In this document: positions 8,343 through 17,963 of the stretch, piece after piece
Numbering within the stretch: position 1 is the stretch's first letter
Layout: each line of letters opens with the position of its first letter
Notes under the pieces: generated by a model
Databases searched by the model: none
What the model was told of the DNA's origin: nothing
What the model saw: only the letters and a program-made list of their open reading frames with translations
Program-made: the position numbers and the translations under genes
Origin: an uncultured Thermoleophilaceae bacterium
Lineage (GTDB): Bacteria; Actinomycetota; Thermoleophilia; Solirubrobacterales; Thermoleophilaceae
Assembly: GCA_963850205.1 (NCBI GenBank)
Contig: CAWKKJ010000024.1
Span: forward strand, 55,837-119,836
Length of the DNA stretch: 64,000 bases
Direction of reading: 5' to 3'

Positions 8343-10166
8343 ATGGAACCTGCCTCCGCTCCTCCCAAGCGCAAAGGCCGTAAAGGCTCTCTGGAGAACC
8401 CCGAGGTGGTCGAGAACGTCCCCGGGCACATCATCCCGATCCTCGAGCGCGAGTTCGACGACTTCGACAACGAGGCCGAGAAGTTCCTGGGCGGCGAGCT
8501 CTCCCAGGAGCAGTTCATCGGCTTCCGGCTCAAGCAGGGCGTGTACGGCCAGCGCCAGGCGGACGTGCAGATGTGCCGCATCAAGCTGCCGATGGGCGGG
8601 GTCACGCCCGAGCAGATGGAGATGTTCGCCGACGTGGTGGAGGAGTACGCGCCGCTCAACAAGGGCCACATCACCACGCGGCAGAACATCCAGATCCACC
8701 ACATCCCGCTGCGGGAGATGGCCGAGCTGATCCGCAAGGTCTCCGACGCCGGGCTCTCGTCACGCGAGGGCTGCGGCAACACGGTGCGCAACGTGACCGG
8801 CGACCCGTGGGCCGGCGTGACCGAGGGTGAGCTCTTCGACCCCACCCCATACGCCGGCGCCTACGTGCGCTACTTCGTCCGCCATCCCACCACGCAGCTG
8901 ATGCCCCGCAAGGTCAAGACGGCCTTCACCGCCACCGACGAGGACCGGGCCATCACCGGCATTCACGACATCGCCTACATCCCGCGGGTCAAGGATGGCG
9001 AGCGGGGCTTCGAGCTGCGGGTGGGCGGAGGCACGTCGATCATGCCGCGGATCGCTCCGACCCTCTACGACTTCGTGGCCGCCGACGACGGCGAGTACCT
9101 GAAGGTCGCGGAGGCCGTGTTCCGCATCTTCGACCGCCAGGAGTGGCTACGCGAGAACCGGGCCCGCGCGCGGATCAAGGTCTTCGTCGACAAGTTCGGC
9201 ATCGACGAGCTGCGCCGCCAGGTGGAGGAGGAGCTGCAGGGCGACTGGGTGGCCGAGCGGGACTTCGACCCCGCGCCGCTGCTCTTCGAGCACGACGAGG
9301 AGGCCAACGTCCCCCCGCCGGCCGGCGGCTACGCCAGCCCCAACGGCGACGGCACCCCCTTCGAGCGCTTCCGGGCCGCCAACACCGAGCCCCAACGCCA
9401 GCCCGGCTTCTCCACCGTGGAGGTCAAGGTGCTGCGCGGCGACCTGACGCCCGAGCAGTTCCGCGGCCTCGCCGACGTGATGCGCCGCTTCTCCGGCGGC
9501 TACGCCCGCACCACGGTGAACCAGAACCTCCTGCTGCGCTGGGTGCGGGACGAGAGCCTCTACGAGGTCTGGCGCGCGCTGGCGGAGCTCGACCTCGGCG
9601 ACGCGGGAGCCCACCAGGTAAACGACGTGGTCTCCTGCCCGGGAACGGACTCCTGCAAGCTGGGCATCACCAGCTCGATGGGGCTCAACCACGCCGTGCG
9701 AGAGCGGGTGGAGGAGATGGAGATCAGCGACCCGCTCACCCGCAGGGTCCACATCAAGATGTCCGGTTGCCCGAACGGCTGCAGCCAGCATCACATCGCC
9801 AACATCGGGGTCTACGGGGCGTCCATCAAGGTGGGCGAGCACACCATCCCGGCCTACGTGGCCCACATCGGCGGGAACTACGAGGGCGGCGAGGTGGTCT
9901 ACGGCACGCGCCTGAAGGTGAGGCTGCCGGCCAAGCGGGTGCCCGACGCCGTGGAGCGCTGGCTGCGGATGTACGAGGCCGAGCGGGAGGAGGGCGAGGC
10001 CTTCAACCCCTTCGCCGAGCGGGTGGGCAGGACCCGCTTCGAGGACGAGGTTCGCGATCTCGCCCTGCCGATCGAGTTCTCGCTCGAGAACATGAACCAC
10101 TTCATCGACTGGCAGCGCCAGGAGCCCTTCAAGGTGGTCCGGGGTGAGGGCGAATGCGCGGTGTGA
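8343..10166 (+). CDS. sirA: Ferredoxin-dependent sulfite reductase (nitrite/sulfite reductase family)
   Basis: ORF 8322..10166. Strong resemblance to actinobacterial SirA/NirA (FIGFRLKQGVYGQRQ, TTRQNIQIHHI, SSREGCGNTVRNVTG, CPGTDSCKLG, MSGCPNGC siroheme/4Fe-4S cysteines). Start is ATG 8343 or GTG 8322. Confidence 0.9.
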   Translation: MEPASAPPKRKGRKGSLENPEVVENVPGHIIPILEREFDDFDNEAEKFLGGELSQEQFIGFRLKQGVYGQRQADVQMCRIKLPMGGVTPEQMEMFADVVEEYAPLNKGHITTRQNIQIHHIPLREMAELIRKVSDAGLSSREGCGNTVRNVTGDPWAGVTEGELFDPTPYAGAYVRYFVRHPTTQLMPRKVKTAFTATDEDRAITGIHDIAYIPRVKDGERGFELRVGGGTSIMPRIAPTLYDFVAADDGEYLKVAEAVFRIFDRQEWLRENRARARIKVFVDKFGIDELRRQVEEELQGDWVAERDFDPAPLLFEHDEEANVPPPAGGYASPNGDGTPFERFRAANTEPQRQPGFSTVEVKVLRGDLTPEQFRGLADVMRRFSGGYARTTVNQNLLLRWVRDESLYEVWRALAELDLGDAGAHQVNDVVSCPGTDSCKLGITSSMGLNHAVRERVEEMEISDPLTRRVHIKMSGCPNGCSQHHIANIGVYGASIKVGEHTIPAYVAHIGGNYEGGEVVYGTRLKVRLPAKRVPDAVERWLRMYEAEREEGEAFNPFAERVGRTRFEDEVRDLALPIEFSLENMNHFIDWQRQEPFKVVRGEGECAV

Positions 10167-10777
10167 GCACTTCCCCCGAGACCGCCACCGCGGAGGAGAT
10201 CCTCGCCACCGCCATTGAGCGCCACCACCCGCACCTCGTGCTGGCCTGCTCATTCCAGAAGGAGGAGTCCGTGCTCATCGACATGCTGATGGGCATCGAA
10301 CCGGGCGCACGCGTGTTCACGATCGATACCGGAGTGCTCTTTCCGCAGACATACGAGGTCTGGCGCGAGATCGAGGAGCGCTACGGGCTGCGGGTGGAGG
10401 TCATGGACGCCACCAGCACCAACGGCCCCTGGACCGCCGCGAACTGCTGCGGCGCCCGTAAGGTGGCCGGCCTGGCCGCCGCGCTCGAGGGGGCTGAGGC
10501 CTGGATCACCGGCATCCGCCGCGAGCAGTCGCCCCTGCGGGCCGACACCCCGAAGCAGGGCTGGGACGACGCCCGCGGGGTCTGGAAGTTCAACCCGCTG
10601 GCCGACTGGACCCATCAGGACGTCTGGGACTACGTGCAAGCTCACGACCTGCCCTACCACCCCTTGCACGACGGCGGGTACGATTCCATCGGCTGCGCGC
10701 CCTGCACCCAGCCCGGGAACGGGCGGGAGGGGCGCTGGGCCGGGCAGGCCAAGAGCGAATGCGGGCTGCACGCGTAA
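10154..10777 (+). CDS. cysH: Adenosine 5'-phosphosulfate (APS)/PAPS reductase, Fe-S type
   Basis: ORF 10154..10777. PAPS-reductase fold motifs, the cysteine pairs NCCGARK and GCAPC typical of Fe-S APS reductases, and the catalytic ECGLH C-terminus. 13-nt overlap with sirA. Confidence 0.9.
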   Translation: MRGVSTSPETATAEEILATAIERHHPHLVLACSFQKEESVLIDMLMGIEPGARVFTIDTGVLFPQTYEVWREIEERYGLRVEVMDATSTNGPWTAANCCGARKVAGLAAALEGAEAWITGIRREQSPLRADTPKQGWDDARGVWKFNPLADWTHQDVWDYVQAHDLPYHPLHDGGYDSIGCAPCTQPGNGREGRWAGQAKSECGLHA

Positions 10778-10815
10778 CCACCACCGTGCCCCCGCGTATG
10801 CTGCGCGGCGAACAG

Positions 10816-11721
10816 ATGAGCTACGAGATCACCCACCTGAGGGCCCTCGAGTCCGAGGCCATACACGTGATCCGCGAAGTCGCGGCGGAGCTCGAGCGTG
10901 CCGTGCTGCTGTTTTCGGGCGGCAAGGACTCCGCCGTCCTGCTTCATCTCGCCCGCAAGGCCTTCCATCCCGCCGGCCTCCCCTTCCCCGTCATGCACGT
11001 GGACACGGGCCACAACTTTCCCGAGGTGATGGAGTACCGCGACCGGGTGATCGAGGAGCTCGACGCGCGCCTGATCGTGGCCTCCGTGCAGGAGTCGATC
11101 GACACCGGCCGGGTGGTCGAGGAGAACGGCCCCCGCTCGTCGCGCAACCGGCTCCAGTCGGTCACCCTGCTCGATGCCCTCGAGCAGCACGGCTTCAAGG
11201 CGGCCTTCGGCGGCGCCCGCCGCGACGAGGAGCGCGCCCGCGCCAAGGAGCGCATTCTCTCGTTCCGCGACGACTTCGGCCAGTGGGACCCCAAGCGCCA
11301 GCGGCCCGAGTTGTGGAACCTGTACAACGGCTTCATCAAGCCCGGCGAGGGCGTCCGCGTCTTTCCGCTCTCCAACTGGACCGAGCTGGACGTGTGGGAG
11401 TACGTGGCCCTGGAGGGGATCGAGCTGCCCTCGATCTACTTCGCCCACTCCCGGGAGGTCTTCGCGCGCGACGGGATGCTCTACGCGGTATCCGACTTCG
11501 TGGAGCTGATGCCGGGTGAGGAGCCCTTCAGCGAATCGGTTCGCTTCCGCACCGTGGGCGACATGAGCTGCACCGGCGCCGTGCGCTCGGAGGCCATGGA
11601 GCTGAGTGAGGTGGTGGCCGAGATCGCCGCCACCCGGGTCACCGAGCGCGGGGAGACTCGCGCGGACGACCGCGTCTCCGAGGCCGCCATGGAGGACAGG
11701 AAAAAGGAGGGCTACTTCTAG
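10816..11721 (+). CDS. cysD: Sulfate adenylyltransferase subunit 2
   Basis: ORF 10759..11721 trimmed to ATG 10816 (MSYEITHLRALESEAIHVIREV). PP-loop LLFSGGKDS. Confidence 0.92.
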   Translation: MSYEITHLRALESEAIHVIREVAAELERAVLLFSGGKDSAVLLHLARKAFHPAGLPFPVMHVDTGHNFPEVMEYRDRVIEELDARLIVASVQESIDTGRVVEENGPRSSRNRLQSVTLLDALEQHGFKAAFGGARRDEERARAKERILSFRDDFGQWDPKRQRPELWNLYNGFIKPGEGVRVFPLSNWTELDVWEYVALEGIELPSIYFAHSREVFARDGMLYAVSDFVELMPGEEPFSESVRFRTVGDMSCTGAVRSEAMELSEVVAEIAATRVTERGETRADDRVSEAAMEDRKKEGYF

Positions 11722-13016
11722 TGGCAACCGTGGCCCCCTCCTCGGCCAACGGCCATGGTGTCCTGGCCCGGCCGGCGGAGCTGGTGCGCTTCGCCACCGC
11801 CGGCTCGGTGGACGACGGCAAGTCGACCCTGATCGGCCGCCTCCTCTACGACACCAAGTCGATCTTCGAGGACCAGCTCGAGCACGTGGAGCGCAGCTCG
11901 GCCCAGCGCGGGGACGGGTACGTGAACCTCGCCCTGCTCACCGACGGCCTGCGCGCCGAGCGCGAGCAGGGCATCACCATCGACGTGGCCTACCGCTACT
12001 TCCACACGCCGCGGCGCAAGTTCATCATCGCCGACACGCCGGGCCACGAGCAGTACACCCGCAACATGGTCACCGGCGCCTCGACAGCCGACCTGGCGCT
12101 CATCCTGATCGACGCCCGCAAGGGCGTGCTCGAGCAGTCGCGCCGCCACGCCTTCATCGCCTCGCTGCTGCGCATCCCGCACCTCGTGGTCTGCGTCAAC
12201 AAGATGGACCTGGTCGACTTCGACCAGAAGAGGTTCGACGACATCTGCCACGACTTCACGGCCTGGGCGGCGAAGCTCGACATCCACGACGTGACCTTCA
12301 TCCCGATCTCCGCCCTCCACGGCGACAACGTGGTCGAGCGCTCGGAGCGCATGCCCTGGCATCAGGGTCCCTCGCTGCTCTACCACCTCGAGCACGTACA
12401 CGTGGCCTCCGACCGCAACCTGGTGGACGCCCGCTTCCCGGTTCAGTGGGTGGTGCGGCCGATGTCGGACGAGCACCACGACTACCGCGGCTACGCCGGC
12501 CAGGTGGCCTCGGGAGTGTTCCGCGCCGGAGACGAGGTCGTGGTCCTGCCCTCGGGGCGCGAGTCGCGCATCGCGAGCATCGACACCCATGAGGGCGAGC
12601 GGGAGGAGGCGTTTCCGCCGCTGTCGGTGACCATCCGCCTGGAGGACGACGTGGACGTCTCGCGCGGCGACATGATCTGCCGGCCGCACAACCGCCCCAT
12701 CGAGGCGCGCGAGGTCGAGGCGATGGTCTGCTGGATGTCCGACCGGCCGCTGCGGCCCGCGGGGCGCTACCGGATCAAGCACACCACCCGCACCGCGCTG
12801 GCCAAGGCGGACGAGCTGCGCTACCGCATCGACGTGAACAGCCTGCACCGCCACGAGGAGGCCGACAGCCTCGGCCTCAACGAGATCGGCCGCCTTCGGC
12901 TGCGGCTGTCATCGCCGCTGTTCGTGGACGAGTACCGCAAGAACCGCACCACCGGCAGCTTCATCCTCATCGACGAGTCGACCAACGACACCGTCGGTGC
13001 GGGCATGGTCCTGTAG
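11721..13016 (+). CDS. cysN: Sulfate adenylyltransferase subunit 1 (GTPase), without a fused APS kinase domain
   Basis: ORF 11721..13016. G1 motif AGSVDDGKST, DTPGH, NKMD. The GTG start overlaps the cysD TAG. At 431 aa it has no CysC extension. Confidence 0.92.
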   Translation: MATVAPSSANGHGVLARPAELVRFATAGSVDDGKSTLIGRLLYDTKSIFEDQLEHVERSSAQRGDGYVNLALLTDGLRAEREQGITIDVAYRYFHTPRRKFIIADTPGHEQYTRNMVTGASTADLALILIDARKGVLEQSRRHAFIASLLRIPHLVVCVNKMDLVDFDQKRFDDICHDFTAWAAKLDIHDVTFIPISALHGDNVVERSERMPWHQGPSLLYHLEHVHVASDRNLVDARFPVQWVVRPMSDEHHDYRGYAGQVASGVFRAGDEVVVLPSGRESRIASIDTHEGEREEAFPPLSVTIRLEDDVDVSRGDMICRPHNRPIEAREVEAMVCWMSDRPLRPAGRYRIKHTTRTALAKADELRYRIDVNSLHRHEEADSLGLNEIGRLRLRLSSPLFVDEYRKNRTTGSFILIDESTNDTVGAGMVL

Positions 13017-13043
13017 CCCGAAGCCCCGTAGTCTTCGCCGGTT

Positions 13044-13205
13044 GTGGACGTTGCCCTGATCGCCTTCGGCCTCGGCGTGGGCATCCTCGTGGGGATGACC
13101 GGCATCGGCGGTGGATCGCTGATGACGCCGATGCTGATCCTGGTGGGGCTGTTCGAGCGTTCCGAGACGCGGCGCGGCCAGGGCGTCCAGCACCAGCCCG
13201 AATAG
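13044..13205 (+). pseudogene. Truncated N-terminal fragment of a TauE/SafE (TSUP) sulfite-exporter-family membrane protein
   Basis: My own translation from GTG 13044: VDVALIAFGLGVGILVGMTGIGGGSLMTPMLILVGLFERSETRRGQGVQHQPE*. The G-x-x-G-I-G-G-G...P motif is the family N-terminus. Only 53 codons precede the stop and the next gene starts at 13225. Confidence 0.55.
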
Positions 13206-13224
13206 GCCGTACGCTCTTCCTCCC

Positions 13225-14247
13225 ATGATGGTGGTGATGACCCCGGAGGCCACGCCGGCGCACATCGACGCCGTGGTGCAGCGGCTCGAGGCCGCGGGCG
13301 TGCACGCCAAGGTCATGCCGGGCGAGCTGACCACCGCCATCGGGGCCATCGGCGACCCCGAGGGGGTCCGCGAGATGGGCCTCGAGGGCCTGCCGGGCGT
13401 CGACCGGGTGATCCCCATCAGCCGGCCCTACAAGCTGGCCTCCAGCGAGCTCTCCCATCACGAGCCCACCGCCTTCGAGGTCGACGGACGGCGCGTGGGC
13501 GGGGACCAGACCTTCTGCCTGATCGCCGGGCCCTGCACGGTGGAGAGCGCCGAGCAGACCCGCTCGGTGGCACAGGCGGTGGCGGCCGCCGGCGCCTCGA
13601 TGCTGCGCGGAGGCGCGTTCAAGCCGCGCACCTCGCCCTTCTCCTTCCAGGGGCTCGGGGTCACCGGGCTCGAGATCCTGGCCGAGGTGCGCGCCGAGAC
13701 CGGACTGCCGGTGGTGAGCGAGATGACCGACGCCGCCTTCGCCGACCGCTTCGCCGAGGTGGTGGACGTGGTGCAGGTGGGCGCGCGGAACATGCAGAAC
13801 TACGGGCTGCTCGAGGTGGTGGGCAAGCTGGGCAAGCCCGTGCTGCTCAAGCGCGGCCTGTCCTCCACGCTCGACGAGCTGCTGCAGGCCGCCGACTACG
13901 TGCTGAAGGAGGGCAACGAGCGGGTGATCCTGTGCGAGCGCGGCATCCGCACGTTCGACACCGCGATGCGCTTCACGCTCGACGTGGGCGCCGTCCCGTG
14001 GCTGAAGCTGCACACCCATCTGCCGGTGATCGTCGATCCCTCGCACGCGTCGGGGGACCGGCGGCTGGTGGGGCCGCTCTCGCGCGCCGCGGCCGCCGTG
14101 GGCGCCGACGGCATCATCGTGGAGGTGGCCACGGACCCCGACGCCGCGCTCTGTGACGGCCCCCAGCAGCTGTACGCGCGCGACTTCGGCGACTTCGCCC
14201 GCGAGGTGGAGTCCCACGCCGGGCTGCTGGGAAAGCGGCTGGCGTGA
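13225..14247 (+). CDS. 3-deoxy-7-phosphoheptulonate (DAHP) synthase, type I-beta, with N-terminal ferredoxin-like regulatory domain
   Basis: ORF 13225..14247. KDO8P/DAHP I-beta core (LIAGPCTVES, LRGGAFKPRTSPFSFQG, VGARNMQN, DPSHA) preceded by a ~70 aa regulatory-type domain. Confidence 0.9.
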   Translation: MMVVMTPEATPAHIDAVVQRLEAAGVHAKVMPGELTTAIGAIGDPEGVREMGLEGLPGVDRVIPISRPYKLASSELSHHEPTAFEVDGRRVGGDQTFCLIAGPCTVESAEQTRSVAQAVAAAGASMLRGGAFKPRTSPFSFQGLGVTGLEILAEVRAETGLPVVSEMTDAAFADRFAEVVDVVQVGARNMQNYGLLEVVGKLGKPVLLKRGLSSTLDELLQAADYVLKEGNERVILCERGIRTFDTAMRFTLDVGAVPWLKLHTHLPVIVDPSHASGDRRLVGPLSRAAAAVGADGIIVEVATDPDAALCDGPQQLYARDFGDFAREVESHAGLLGKRLA

Positions 14248-15602
14248 CTGCGAACGCCCTCCCGCCCGGCCCCAGCGCCCCGGGCCCGCTCCAGACGCTG
14301 CGCTGGCTGGCCCGGCCGGCCGCCATGCTCGACGACTGCGCCCGCCGCTACGGCGACATGTTCACGATCCGGATCGCCCATGAGGGCACCTGGGTGTTCG
14401 TGACCCACCCGGAGGCGGTCAAGCAGGTGTTCACCGGCGACCCCCGCCTGCTTCACGCCGGCGAGGCCAACGTGGTGCTGCTGCCGGTGCTCGGCCCCCA
14501 GTCGGTGCTGCTGCTGGACGAGCAGGAGCACATGGCCGAGCGCAAGCTCATGCTGCCCTCGTTCCACGGCGAGCGCATGCGCCGCTACGAGGACGTGATG
14601 AGCGAGGTGGCCGCCCGGGCGATCGAGGCCTGGCCCTCCGACGCCCGGCTCTCAACCTGGCCCACGATGCAGGCGGTCACGCTCGAGGTGATCATGCGCA
14701 CGGTGTTCGGGGTGCAGGACGCCGAGCGCCTCGACCGGCTCGGCAGCGCGCTTCAGGACATCCTCGCCTGGGGCTCGGACCCGAGCCGCATGGCCGTGAT
14801 GGCGCTCGCCGGGCCGCACCGGATGGCTCGCCTGCCCTTCTTCCGCCGGGTGGTGGAGCCGGCGAACGCCCTCCTGTACGACGAGATCGCCCGCGGGCGC
14901 GCGGACCCGAACCTCGAGCAGCGCGACGACGTGCTCTCGCTGTTGCTCGCCGCCCGCCACGAGGACGGCAGCCCGATGTCCGACACGGAGCTCCGCGACG
15001 AGCTGATGACCCTGCTGGTCGCCGGACACGAGACCACAGCCACGGCCCTGGCCTGGGCGCTGGAGGCGCTCGCCCGTCACCCGCGGGCGCTGGCTCGCCT
15101 GCGCGATGAGGTCGACCGCACCGAAGACGCCTACCTCGACGCGGTGATCAAGGAGACGCTGCGGCTGCGGCCGGTGGTAGCTCTGGTGCTGCGGCGGCTG
15201 ACCGCGCCGATGGAGATCGGCGGCCGGATGCTGCCGGCCGGCGTGAGCGTGGCCCCCTCCATCTACCTGCTGCACCGCAGGCCCGAGCTCTACCCCGACC
15301 CGCGCGCCTTCCGGCCGGAGCGCTTTCTCGAGCAACCGCCCGGCACCTACACGTGGATCCCCTTCGGCGGCGGCGTGCGCCGCTGCCTGGGCGCGAGCTT
15401 CGCGCAGTTCGAGATGCGGGTGGTGCTCCGCGAGGTCGTGGCCCGCCTCGAGCTGCGGCCGGGCTCGGCCCGCCCCGAGCGGCGGGTGCGGCGGGCGATC
15501 TTCTTCTCCCCCTCGCGCGGAGGGGAGGTGACGGTGCGCCGCCGCGACGCCGGCGGGAGGGCTGGACACGGGGTGGCCGAGCCGGTTACGGTCGGTTCAT
15601 GA
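14244..15602 (+). CDS. Cytochrome P450
   Basis: ORF 14244..15602. I-helix AGHETT, ExxR (ETLRLR), heme loop FGGGVRRCLGASFA. GTGA overlap with the DAHP synthase stop. Confidence 0.9.
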   Translation: MTANALPPGPSAPGPLQTLRWLARPAAMLDDCARRYGDMFTIRIAHEGTWVFVTHPEAVKQVFTGDPRLLHAGEANVVLLPVLGPQSVLLLDEQEHMAERKLMLPSFHGERMRRYEDVMSEVAARAIEAWPSDARLSTWPTMQAVTLEVIMRTVFGVQDAERLDRLGSALQDILAWGSDPSRMAVMALAGPHRMARLPFFRRVVEPANALLYDEIARGRADPNLEQRDDVLSLLLAARHEDGSPMSDTELRDELMTLLVAGHETTATALAWALEALARHPRALARLRDEVDRTEDAYLDAVIKETLRLRPVVALVLRRLTAPMEIGGRMLPAGVSVAPSIYLLHRRPELYPDPRAFRPERFLEQPPGTYTWIPFGGGVRRCLGASFAQFEMRVVLREVVARLELRPGSARPERRVRRAIFFSPSRGGEVTVRRRDAGGRAGHGVAEPVTVGS

Positions 15603-16126
15603 GCCCCCGCACGCCCCTCCTCATCGTCGCCCTCGCCGCCGTCACCGCCCTCGCGGTTGGAGGTGCCGTCGCGCCCGCCGAGACCGGCCGCGCGGCGGCC
15701 GTGAAGATCACGCCCACGGGCGTCGGGGGCGTCAAGATCGGCAGGACCTTCAGCAACCTGCGCAACCGCGGTCTCGTCGGGCCGATCCGTCCCGGGTGTG
15801 AGCTCGCGCCGAACACGCGCTCGGCCCGGCTGCGCGCGGGCGTGCAGGGCCAGGCCAACTTCACCCAGAGCACGCCTCGCAGGGTCACCGACATGGCTAT
15901 CCGCGGCGGCGCGAAGGCGCGCGGAGTAGGGATCGGAGCTCGCATCCCGCGGATCAGGTCCGCCTTCCCGCGGGCGAGGATCGACCGCAGCCAGGAGGAC
16001 GTGTTCCAGCTGACCCTGGTGAAGACCCCGCGCCGGCCCTCGGGCGCGCGGATCATCTTCGGGGTGAGCACCCAGACCGGGCGCACGACGATCATCGGGG
16101 TGCCGTTCATCGCCTTCTGCGAGTAG
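15599..16126 (+). CDS. Secreted hypothetical protein
   Basis: ORF 15353..16126 trimmed to ATG 15599 (ATGA overlap with the P450 stop). Signal peptide MSPRTPLLIVALAAVTALAVGGAVAPA. Contains two GVG-x-x-IG motifs. Confidence 0.55.
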   Translation: MSPRTPLLIVALAAVTALAVGGAVAPAETGRAAAVKITPTGVGGVKIGRTFSNLRNRGLVGPIRPGCELAPNTRSARLRAGVQGQANFTQSTPRRVTDMAIRGGAKARGVGIGARIPRIRSAFPRARIDRSQEDVFQLTLVKTPRRPSGARIIFGVSTQTGRTTIIGVPFIAFCE

Positions 16127-16184
16127 CTCCGACCCGCGCCGGCGGCGGCGCCGGGAGGGTGCGGCGATAACCTCCCGCCCCGCA

Positions 16185-17948
16185 ATGTTCAACCGCATTC
16201 TGGTCGCCAACCGCGGCGAAATCGCCATCCGCGTGATGCGGACACTCGAGGAGCTGGGCATCGGCTCGGTGGCCGTGTACTCCGAGCCCGACCGGGACGC
16301 CCCCCACGTCCGGCGCGCCGACGAGGCCTATCTCCTCGGCCCCGGCCCGGCGAGCGAGAGCTACCTCGTGGTCGAGAAGATCCTCGAGGTCGCCCAGCAG
16401 TCCGGGGCCGAGGCGATCCATCCGGGCTATGGGTTCCTGGCCGAGAACGCCGCCTTCGCCCGGGCCTGCGACGACGCCGGCATCGTGTTCATCGGGCCGC
16501 CGGCGAGCGCGATCGACGCCATGGGCTCCAAGACCCGGGCCCGCGAGCTGATGCAGGACGCCGGCGTGCCGATCGTGCCCGGCACCACCGACCCCGTGGA
16601 GACGGTGGACGACGCCCGCCGCATCATCGAGGAGTCCGTGGGCTACCCGGCTGCGATCAAGGCAGCCGGCGGCGGCGGAGGCAAGGGCTTCCGGGTGGCC
16701 GAGTCCGAGGACGAGCTGGAGAAGGCCTTCGAGGGGGCGGCGCGCGAGGGGGAGAAGTTCTTCTCGGACGCCACCGTCTACGTCGAGCGCTACCTGCCCG
16801 ACCCGCGCCACGTGGAGGTGCAGGTCCTGGCCGACGCGCACGACAACGTGATCCACCTCTACGAGCGTGACTGCTCGGTCCAGCGCCGCCATCAGAAGCT
16901 GATCGAGGAGAGCCCGGCGCCGGCGGTCGACCCCGAGCTGCGCGAGCGCATCGGCAAGATCGGCACGGACGCCGCACGCGCGGTGGGCTACCGCTCGGCG
17001 GGCACGATCGAGGGCCTGCTCCAGGACGGCGAGTACTTCTTCCTCGAGATGAACACGCGCGTGCAGGTGGAGCACTGCGTGACCGAGATGGTCACCGGGA
17101 TCGACATCGTGCGGGAGCAGATCAAGGTCGCCGCCGGCGAGCCCCTCTCCTACGGCCAGGACGACGTGGTGCTTCGCGGGCACGCGATCGAATGCCGCAT
17201 CAACGCCGAGGATGCGTCCAAGAAGTTCGCCCCGGCCCCGGGGCGGGTGGGCTCCTACCGCGAGCCGGCCGGACCATTCGTCCGGGTCGACTCGGGCGCC
17301 GAGGAGGGCTACGAGGTGCTCCCGCTCTACGACCCGATGATCGCCAAGCTGATCGTCTGGGACGTCGACCGCGAGGCGTCCACGCGGCGCATGCTGCGAG
17401 CGCTCGGCGAGTACGAGATCGAGGGGCTCAAGACCCTGGTTCCCTTCCACCGGGCGCTGCTCTCCAGCAAGCAGTGGGCCCGGGCCGAGACCTGCCGCGA
17501 CCTGGTCGAGGACCGGGACTGGCTGAAGGAGCTGGCCTTCCCCGCCGCCCCCAAGCCGGAGGACGGCGACGAGGCCGAGGAGAAGATCGAGCACGAGTAC
17601 GCCGTGGAGGTATCGGGTCGCAAGTTCGACGTCCGCGTGATCGGCGCGCCGGTCGCCGGTGGACCGAACGGGGCGGCACCCGCCGGGCGCAAGGCTCCGC
17701 GGCGCGAGAAGAAGAGCGACGGCGGAGGCGGCGCGCCGGGTGAGCTCGTGTCACCGCTTCAGGGCACGGTGCTCAAGGTGGTGGTGGAACAGGGCGCCGA
17801 GGTGGAGGAGGGCGCGCTGATCTGCGTCATCGAGGCGATGAAGATGGAGAACGAGATCACCGCGCCGAGCGCGGGCAAGGTGGAGGAGCTCGGGGTGTCC
17901 GAGGGCGGCTCGATCACCACCGGCGACCGGATCGCGGTCATCAGGTAG
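16185..17948 (+). CDS. accA: Acetyl/propionyl-CoA carboxylase alpha subunit (biotin carboxylase + BCCP domain)
   Basis: ORF 16185..17948. N-terminus MFNRILVANRGEIAIRV, ATP-grasp core, C-terminal biotinylation motif EAMKMENEI. Confidence 0.92.
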   Translation: MFNRILVANRGEIAIRVMRTLEELGIGSVAVYSEPDRDAPHVRRADEAYLLGPGPASESYLVVEKILEVAQQSGAEAIHPGYGFLAENAAFARACDDAGIVFIGPPASAIDAMGSKTRARELMQDAGVPIVPGTTDPVETVDDARRIIEESVGYPAAIKAAGGGGGKGFRVAESEDELEKAFEGAAREGEKFFSDATVYVERYLPDPRHVEVQVLADAHDNVIHLYERDCSVQRRHQKLIEESPAPAVDPELRERIGKIGTDAARAVGYRSAGTIEGLLQDGEYFFLEMNTRVQVEHCVTEMVTGIDIVREQIKVAAGEPLSYGQDDVVLRGHAIECRINAEDASKKFAPAPGRVGSYREPAGPFVRVDSGAEEGYEVLPLYDPMIAKLIVWDVDREASTRRMLRALGEYEIEGLKTLVPFHRALLSSKQWARAETCRDLVEDRDWLKELAFPAAPKPEDGDEAEEKIEHEYAVEVSGRKFDVRVIGAPVAGGPNGAAPAGRKAPRREKKSDGGGGAPGELVSPLQGTVLKVVVEQGAEVEEGALICVIEAMKMENEITAPSAGKVEELGVSEGGSITTGDRIAVIR

Positions 17949-17963
17949 CGGCCGCTCAGGTCA

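Noticed and set aside
6796-16126. Paralogy between the secreted proteins at 6796..7275 and 15599..16126.
   Set aside because: They share only a short GVG-x-x-(I/V)G-x-(T/D)...L motif. The overall alignment is too weak to claim homology without a search.
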